Below the pieces are notes generated by a model, which did no database searches, was not told the DNA's origin, and was given only the letters and a program-made list of their open reading frames with translations. Shown piece by piece: positions 27,630 through 32,000 of a stretch of DNA of 32,000 bases. The first letter of the stretch is position 1. Each line of letters begins with the position of its first letter. Both the position numbers and the translations under genes were made by a program. Source of the stretch: Halogeometricum borinquense DSM 11551 (lineage in GTDB: Archaea > Halobacteriota > Halobacteria > Halobacteriales > Haloferacaceae); the NCBI RefSeq assembly GCF_000172995.2, contig NC_014729.1:2670001-2702000 (forward strand), written 5' to 3'.

Positions 27630-27853
27630 TCGATCACCAGTCGGTATGTGACCGCTTTGTCCGTGGTCCGAGAGTCACGGACAATTTTGATGACGTCGCC
27701 CGCTTCCGCATCGTCGGGCGCCGCCGGGTCGGTTCGCTTGATCTTCGGAAGGTTCGTACGCTTGACGTCGTACTCGTCCAGCATCTCCTCGACCTCCTCT
27801 TCTTCGAGAAGGATGTGCTCTGGAACGAGCTTGTGTTGGCTTACGTCTACCAT
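27626..27853 (-). CDS. rpoH: DNA-directed RNA polymerase subunit H (Rpo5)
   Basis: The 75-aa ORF reads [39 protein letters not shown]...[13 protein letters not shown]. It overlaps rpoB2 by ATGA and is the first gene of the rpo operon. Confidence 0.93.
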   Translation of the reverse strand: MVDVSQHKLVPEHILLEEEEVEEMLDEYDVKRTNLPKIKRTDPAAPDDAEAGDVIKIVRDSRTTDKAVTYRLVIE

Positions 27854-28261
27854 GTATGGGTGGGGGAAGAAGTTCTCACGAGATACTACAGGCTAATTCG
27901 GATGGAACCCATTTAACGCTTGCCAACTGGATTCGAGAAGCGCCGCTCTTCGTCACGAGTCCCCCCATCACATCGTCTGCGAGTCGCTTCGTGACAGACC
28001 GTAACGGACGGTCAGTCGTGCATATGCTCGCAGGCGGTGCGACAGCACTCGCGTTACCTAAAACAATGCAAGAATCAGATAAATGCCTTCCGGCGACTTC
28101 GGATACGGCAAGTGAGACGGTCAAACGCCAGTATCTCCGGACAACAGTACATATCGCATACGACGGTTCGATAGTGTCTCGTTTGACGCGGGAGACGCTA
28201 CCACGCGGATTGTAGATGATAAGTCTTAATTAGTGAACCGCGTTACGAAGGAGTAGAGCAA

Positions 28262-28334
28262 GCCCGGATGGTGTAGTGGCCCATCATACGACCCTGTCAC
28301 GGTCGTGACGCGGGTTCAAATCCCGCTCCGGGCG
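28262..28334 (+). tRNA. tRNA-Asp(GUC), copy 1
   Basis: The sequence is GCCCGGA..CGACC CTGTCAC GGTCG TGAC GCGGG TTCAAAT CCCGC TCCGGGC G. The acceptor, anticodon and T arms all pair, and the anticodon is GTC. An AT-rich box CTTAATTAG lies about 32-40 nt upstream. Confidence 0.93.
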
Positions 28335-28353
28335 CTGTTTGCTCTGTCTGCAA

Positions 28354-28426
28354 GCCCGGATGGTGTAGTGGCCCATCATACGACCCTGTCACGGTCGTGA
28401 CGCGGGTTCAAATCCCGCTCCGGGCG
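28354..28426 (+). tRNA. tRNA-Asp(GUC), copy 2 (100% identical to copy 1)
   Basis: The same 73-nt sequence occurs 19 nt downstream of copy 1. Confidence 0.93.
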
Positions 28427-28515
28427 TCCTTTGACTCTACTTCCTCCAGCGAGGCGTCTCGTCGCCGAGCAGACAGCGAATAGAGTCTACTAGCACTTAC
28501 GAAGGGATTTGAACA
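28406..28515 (+). repeat. 110-nt direct repeat, copy A (last 21 nt of tRNA-Asp copy 2 plus an 89-nt trailer)
   Basis: It matches 28574-28683 at a constant offset of 168 nt with one mismatch (28500 c vs 28668 t). Confidence 0.9.
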
Positions 28516-28528
28516 CCAACAGTCGCAC

Positions 28529-28594
28529 GCCCGGAAGCGCAGCGAAGCGAGCATCCCGGAACGTCTGTGCCGAGTTCAAATCCCGCTCCGGGCG
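28529..28594 (+). pseudogene. Gutted third tRNA-Asp copy / tRNA-like element (acceptor halves and T-loop retained; D and anticodon arms replaced)
   Basis: The sequence is GCCCGGA-agcgcagcgaagcgagcatcccggaacgtctgtgccga-GTTCAAATCCCGC-TCCGGGC-G. The 7-bp acceptor stem can still form. The 38-nt interior is unrelated to tRNA-Asp, and only 3 of 5 T-stem positions on the 5' strand still pair. Confidence 0.6.
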
Positions 28595-28683
28595 TCCTTT
28601 GACTCTACTTCCTCCAGCGAGGCGTCTCGTCGCCGAGCAGACAGCGAATAGAGTCTACTAGCACTTATGAAGGGATTTGAACA
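28574..28683 (+). repeat. 110-nt direct repeat, copy B
   Basis: See copy A. It ends in GGGATTTGAAC, the exact reverse complement of the T-loop that begins the repeat. Confidence 0.9.
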
Positions 28684-28701
28684 AATCCCGCTCTAAGTCG
28701 C

Positions 28702-28706
28702 TTTTT
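28702..28706 (+). terminator. Oligo-T (T5) tract closing the tRNA-Asp array
   Basis: gcTTTTTacg is the first T-run after the array. It lies 12 nt before the convergent crcB stop. Confidence 0.35.
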
Positions 28707-28717
28707 ACGCGTCCCGT

Positions 28718-29089
28718 TCACAGCATCCCGACGACACCACCGCCGAGAGCGACGCCGACAAGGGCGGCAAGCAGCGTCCCGACGGCGTACTGAACCGCAC
28801 GCCATCGCTGTCCGTCGGACGCGTCCTCAGCAACGCTCACTGCGAACGAGGAGAACGTTGTGAACGCGCCGCAGAATCCTGTCCCGAACACCGTCGCCGC
28901 CGTCGAAGAGATTGGGGCCGCGACAAGCGCTCCGAGTGCGATACTGCCGAGTACGTTCACCGCGAGTGTGCTTCGTCGGCCGCCGGAGAGAGCAAGGTCA
29001 ACGCCGTAGCGCGAGAGTGCGCCCAACGTGCCGCCGATTCCGACGAGAATCGGTGTCGGAAGCGCCGCGAGTATGCCGAACGCCGTCAT
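28718..29089 (-). CDS. crcB: Fluoride ion channel CrcB/Fluc, paralog 1 (123 aa)
   Basis: The translation contains GGTLGALSRYG...VNVLGSIALG...GFCGAFTTFSSF, the CrcB signature, with four hydrophobic segments. Confidence 0.9.
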   Translation of the reverse strand: MTAFGILAALPTPILVGIGGTLGALSRYGVDLALSGGRRSTLAVNVLGSIALGALVAAPISSTAATVFGTGFCGAFTTFSSFAVSVAEDASDGQRWRAVQYAVGTLLAALVGVALGGGVVGML

Positions 29090-29427
29090 TGGAGAGACCT
29101 CCCGACGGCAAGTCCGAGAAGGGCGGCGGCGAAACCAAGAGCGTAGTTCGCACCAACGTTAGCCAGTCCCCACGTCGGACCGAGCGCCGTCGTCTGAACG
29201 GCGAACGTACTGTAAGTAGTGAACGACGAGAGCAGACCCGTGCCCAAGAGGATGCGAACGCGGTGTGTCCGAACGACAGCGAGGAGGGCACCGAGGGCAA
29301 AACTGCCGAGTACGTTCACCGCGAGCGTGCCGCCGACGCCCGGCACCGCCGCATCGACGCCGTATCTGAGCATCGCGCCGATGAACCCGCCGGCAGCGAC
29401 GAGAAACGGGTCGAGTCTGTGCGTCAT
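29086..29427 (-). CDS. crcB: Fluoride ion channel CrcB/Fluc, paralog 2 (113 aa)
   Basis: ORF 29086..29520 is taken from the internal ATG at 29427 (MTHRLDPFL...). It contains GGFIGAMLRYG...VNVLGSFALG...GLLSSFTTYSTF. It overlaps paralog 1 by ATGA. Confidence 0.88.
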   Translation of the reverse strand: MTHRLDPFLVAAGGFIGAMLRYGVDAAVPGVGGTLAVNVLGSFALGALLAVVRTHRVRILLGTGLLSSFTTYSTFAVQTTALGPTWGLANVGANYALGFAAALLGLAVGRSLQ

Positions 29428-29449
29428 CGCTTCTCTCTCGCCGTCGGGA

Positions 29450-30592
29450 TCACTCGGTGGTTTCGGTTCCGACCGAATCAGCGGATGACGGGTCAAACTG
29501 GCTGGCCCGCGGGCTATCACCGCCGTGCGGCGTGTCTCGGTTACGGACCCGAACGTCGTACGCCGCCTCGGCCGTGTCGTCTACGACGAGAACGTCACCC
29601 GGTTGGGTCGGAATTCGTTCCGCGACGCCCGCCGAGAGATACGTCGGTTCGGCAGCGGTCAACGCCCGAACATCAGCCCCCGCGGTGAGTCGGTGGACGA
29701 TTCGGAGATCCGACTGCGAAAGGGCGACTTCCGGGAGCGCACTGGGTCGTTGCGTCGCGGCGACGAGTGAGACGCCGGGTGCGCGTCCCCGTGTGAGAAT
29801 CGTTCTGAGTGCGGGTGCGGCGAGGCCATCGAAGAAGACGTGCGCTTCGTCAAGAAACAGCCACGGCAGACGAGCGACCGTCCCGGTGACACGAGCGTCG
29901 TACAGCGTCCGCGCGACGGCGTAGGCGATAGCGTTCATCGGTGCGGGATCCAGACCGGCGCAGTCGAGGACAATCGCTTCGGATCCACAGAGAGCCGCGG
30001 CGTCCAGTCCGTCCGGATCGAAGACCCCCCACGATGCCGCCCGCCGGAGTCGGTTCTGTACCGCGCGAACCGTGTCCGGAGCAACGTTCGCAGAATCAGC
30101 CGGAACCTCCGCAAACGCACGCATTTCTGCCAGCGTTTCCGATTCACTGGCCGCCCGCCACACCATCGATCCCACCGGCGAGTCCGGGTCACAGCCGACA
30201 AGTTCGGGCCATGCCGAGGGCGGAATCGCGTCGGCCCGAACGGTCGGTGTTCGGACGAGACGACCGGGGACAGCGTCCGACTCCGTGAGGCCGGCGAAGA
30301 CACCCATCGGGTCAAGAACGACGGGCGCGACGCCGGATGCACGCGAAACTTCCTCCGCGAGGACGCCGAGCGTATACGATTTGCCGTACCCGCGCTTGCC
30401 GACGACGAGAGCGGCGTGCGGGCCGTCGAGGTCAACCGCAACGGGTGCGCCGTCGCTCCCGTCGCGGGCGCGGTGGTGACCGAACCGGGCGATCGGACCG
30501 TCGAATCGAGCGGCTAGACCAGTGTGTTCGGCGGGAGAGGCGTCCACCGACTCGGTCAGATCGGCACGGCGGCCGAGAACGTCCGTCTTCAT
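29450..30592 (-). CDS. HerA/FtsK-superfamily (DUF87-like) P-loop ATPase, about 380 aa, with no NurA-like partner
   Basis: ORF 29450..30664 is taken from ATG 30592 (MKTDVLG...). The Walker A is VVGKRGYGKSYTLGVL, followed by VLDPMGVF (compare HerA DPHGEY). The Walker B is WLFLDEAHVF. Further on come GVSLVAATQRPSALPEVALSQSDLRIVHRLT and the C-terminal RNRDTPHGG, a HerA-like layout. Confidence 0.75.
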   Translation of the reverse strand: MKTDVLGRRADLTESVDASPAEHTGLAARFDGPIARFGHHRARDGSDGAPVAVDLDGPHAALVVGKRGYGKSYTLGVLAEEVSRASGVAPVVLDPMGVFAGLTESDAVPGRLVRTPTVRADAIPPSAWPELVGCDPDSPVGSMVWRAASESETLAEMRAFAEVPADSANVAPDTVRAVQNRLRRAASWGVFDPDGLDAAALCGSEAIVLDCAGLDPAPMNAIAYAVARTLYDARVTGTVARLPWLFLDEAHVFFDGLAAPALRTILTRGRAPGVSLVAATQRPSALPEVALSQSDLRIVHRLTAGADVRALTAAEPTYLSAGVAERIPTQPGDVLVVDDTAEAAYDVRVRNRDTPHGGDSPRASQFDPSSADSVGTETTE

Positions 30593-30637
30593 GGAAGCGT
30601 CTGGTTCCGTCTTCTGCCTTGAATCATCGGGCGGAGG

Positions 30638-30645
30638 TTTATATA
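30638..30645. promoter_or_regulatory. Palindromic TATA box (TTTATATA / TATATAAA) shared by the divergent ATPase and membrane-protein genes
   Basis: This is the only AT box in the 75-nt intergenic region. Its centre is about 27 nt upstream of ATG 30668, giving a leaderless plus-strand gene. It is about 49 nt upstream of ATG 30592, giving a minus-strand 5' UTR of about 22 nt. Confidence 0.5.
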
Positions 30646-30667
30646 CGGAGACGGGACCAGCCACCCC

Positions 30668-31120
30668 ATGCTCGATGAACTCCGACAGTTCGCCGCAGAC
30701 GACCGCGCGATAGAAGGACTTCCGATCCGTCTCGTTATCGCTCTCGTAGTGGGTGTGGCGACGCTGAGCGTCATGCTGAACATGCTCTCCGGTGTGCAGG
30801 GACTCGCGGTCACTGAACTCGACGTGAAGCCGGATCCCGACGTGATGACGCCGGGCGAACAGGATATTTCGATCCTCGTCGTGGACCCCGACGGCGACCC
30901 GGTGGAAGGGGCGACGGTTGTCGTCAAAGACGGGACGGCAGACATCGAGAGTGTGGTAACGAATAAAACGAGGGAGGGAGGGATGGCTACCGTTACTGTC
31001 GCCCCCAAGTTACGGTCGAATCAGGAGGATGGAACGCTCGTCATCGACGTGAAACCACCCGCTGGAAGCCAATTCGTAGACCGGCGTGAGAATACGAAGA
31101 TACTGGTCGTGGAATCCTGA
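30668..31120 (+). CDS. Small single-pass membrane protein with a carboxypeptidase-regulatory-like / Ig-like beta-sandwich ectodomain
   Basis: The 150-aa ORF has an N-terminal charged stretch followed by the hydrophobic helix LPIRLVIALVVGVATLSVMLNML. The ectodomain reads ISILVVDPDGDPVEGATVVVKDGT...GMATVTVAP...GTLVIDVKPP, typical of a CarboxypepD_reg-like fold. Confidence 0.65.
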   Translation: MLDELRQFAADDRAIEGLPIRLVIALVVGVATLSVMLNMLSGVQGLAVTELDVKPDPDVMTPGEQDISILVVDPDGDPVEGATVVVKDGTADIESVVTNKTREGGMATVTVAPKLRSNQEDGTLVIDVKPPAGSQFVDRRENTKILVVES

Positions 31121-31153
31121 TACGGCTGGGCAACGCCAAGCGCTCCCGACTGC

Positions 31154-32000
31154 TCAGCGTTCCGGATGTACAGGCGCGTCAAAGCCACCACGAACTAGCG
31201 GTTTGGCGACGTGGCGACGGGCACACGGGGGCACTTCGTACCAGCCGCGTTCGAGATCACGGTCGATCACGCTCTCCGTTTTCCCGGGGGCGCTCGTCCG
31301 GCAGTCGCGGCAGCGATAGCCCTGATTTCGGCCCGCACTCTCCATCGTCCGATCACAGTCAGGGCAGGTGGGCGTAACCAACTCGGTACGGTTCAGTTCG
31401 CGGACGGCGAACTTCTCCAGTTTCAGCGTACCGTCAGAGAACTCCCCGCAGACGGTCAGTTCGTCTCCACAGCGGAGTGTGCGGACCCGGTCGCGGAACC
31501 GCTTTGTCGGTTCGAAAGCGGCGCACGCGATGGATTCGTCGGGATCGCCGTCCACGCCGTTGTCGGCGTCGCCGCGTTTGTCTGCCGAACCGAGTTCGAA
31601 GAAGACGTGGCCACCACGTCTCGTCTCCGGGGCGGCGACGACGACGCCGTCAACGCGGTATGCACCGTCGGCTTCGAGCGAGCCGAGCGTCCCGTCACGC
31701 AGGTGGATATCCGTCCCTTGGTTCGTGAGAAACGTCGCCCGTCGCTCGACCGGTTCGGAGTCGATAGCGGCCGAGAGCGACCGCACCGCGTCGGGGTCGT
31801 CACCACGGATACCGTGGAGAATCGGGCCGGGCGCGTTCGGCACGCAGACCGCTTGACCCTCGACGGTATCGACGGTGTCCCACGCTTCCGGGTAGTGGTC
31901 AGCCGCCGCGTCGAACACCGATTCGATATCCACATCTCGGAGCGTTCCGCACCGGTCGAACTCACGATAAGCGATGTGTTCGTACGTCCACTCCTCAAGA
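31154..32000 (-). CDS. tiaS: tRNA(Ile2) 2-agmatinylcytidine synthetase TiaS; gene 5' end lies beyond the window
   Basis: The frame stays open upstream of the track's GTG at 31933 all the way to position 32000 (..LEEWTYEHIAYREFDRCGTLRDVDIES..). The C-terminal OB and zinc-ribbon region reads CGDELTVCGEF...CPDCDRTMESAGRNQGYRCRDC...PPCARRH, which I recognise as TiaS. Confidence 0.8.
   Translation of the reverse strand, partial: LEEWTYEHIAYREFDRCGTLRDVDIESVFDAAADHYPEAWDTVDTVEGQAVCVPNAPGPILHGIRGDDPDAVRSLSAAIDSEPVERRATFLTNQGTDIHLRDGTLGSLEADGAYRVDGVVVAAPETRRGGHVFFELGSADKRGDADNGVDGDPDESIACAAFEPTKRFRDRVRTLRCGDELTVCGEFSDGTLKLEKFAVRELNRTELVTPTCPDCDRTMESAGRNQGYRCRDCRTSAPGKTESVIDRDLERGWYEVPPCARRHVAKPLVRGGFDAPVHPER

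Noticed and set aside
20035-27853. Checked the rpo genes, fusA, tef1a and uvrA for inteins or other large insertions
   Set aside because: All product lengths (75, 523, 610, 978, 417, 729 and 421 aa) are normal for archaeal orthologs. No Cys/Ser...HN splice-junction-bounded insert is visible.
27856-28215. 119-aa plus ORF, and 82-aa minus ORF 27876..28124, in the rpoH / tRNA-Asp intergenic region
   Set aside because: They have no recognisable motifs and a non-acidic composition unlike the host proteome. The region is better explained as the divergent promoter and leader space for the rpo operon and the tRNA array. A small gene cannot be fully excluded without expression data.
28262-28700. Possible CRISPR array, because of repeated sequence
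   Set aside because: The repeats are tRNA genes plus one 110-nt duplication present in two copies. There are no short 25-40 nt repeats with unique spacers and no cas genes in the window.
30593-30667. Fluoride-riboswitch-like string on the minus strand (AAACCUCCGCCCGAUGAUUC) upstream of the ATPase-crcB-crcB genes
   Set aside because: It resembles only the AAAC..GCC..GAUGA part of the crcB motif. The P1 (GGCGAUGG..CGCC) and P3 hairpins and the pseudoknot complement are missing. The string also overlaps or lies just downstream of the only TATA box, so it would sit upstream of the likely TSS. A cmsearch with Rfam RF01734 would settle it.

Overview
The window looks like a high-GC haloarchaeal chromosome segment (class Halobacteria). 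The predicted proteins are very acidic and many promoters have leaderless geometry. Most of it is conserved information-processing core, nearly all on the minus strand: uvrA (partial), sepF, RNase P RNA, RNase R, rps10-tef1a, ACT-hom, fusA, rps7-rps12, nusA, the tightly packed rpoH-rpoB2-rpoB1-rpoA1-rpoA2 operon, and tiaS (partial). Many long plus-strand ORFs in the track are antisense artefacts of GC-rich genes, and several true genes start at internal codons of the listed ORFs. I see no CRISPR array, transposase, integrase or recognisable defence system. Four regions deserve a second look. (1) 28.26-28.71 kb holds a decaying tandem tRNA-Asp array with a gutted third copy, a 110-nt near-perfect duplication and inverted T-loop copies. 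(2) 29.45-31.12 kb holds an orphan HerA/FtsK-family ATPase. It is co-oriented with two crcB genes and divergently paired, across one palindromic TATA box, with a small membrane-anchored beta-sandwich protein. (3) 9.09-9.70 kb is an AT-rich patch next to tRNA-Ala carrying tRNA 3'-end fragments and hairpins. (4) 7.3-9.1 kb encodes a secreted modular protein with three tandem 88-aa repeats of unknown family. All calls rest on reading the translations and sequence by eye. No database search, HMM or folding program was run, so family names are recognition-based and RNA ends are approximate.
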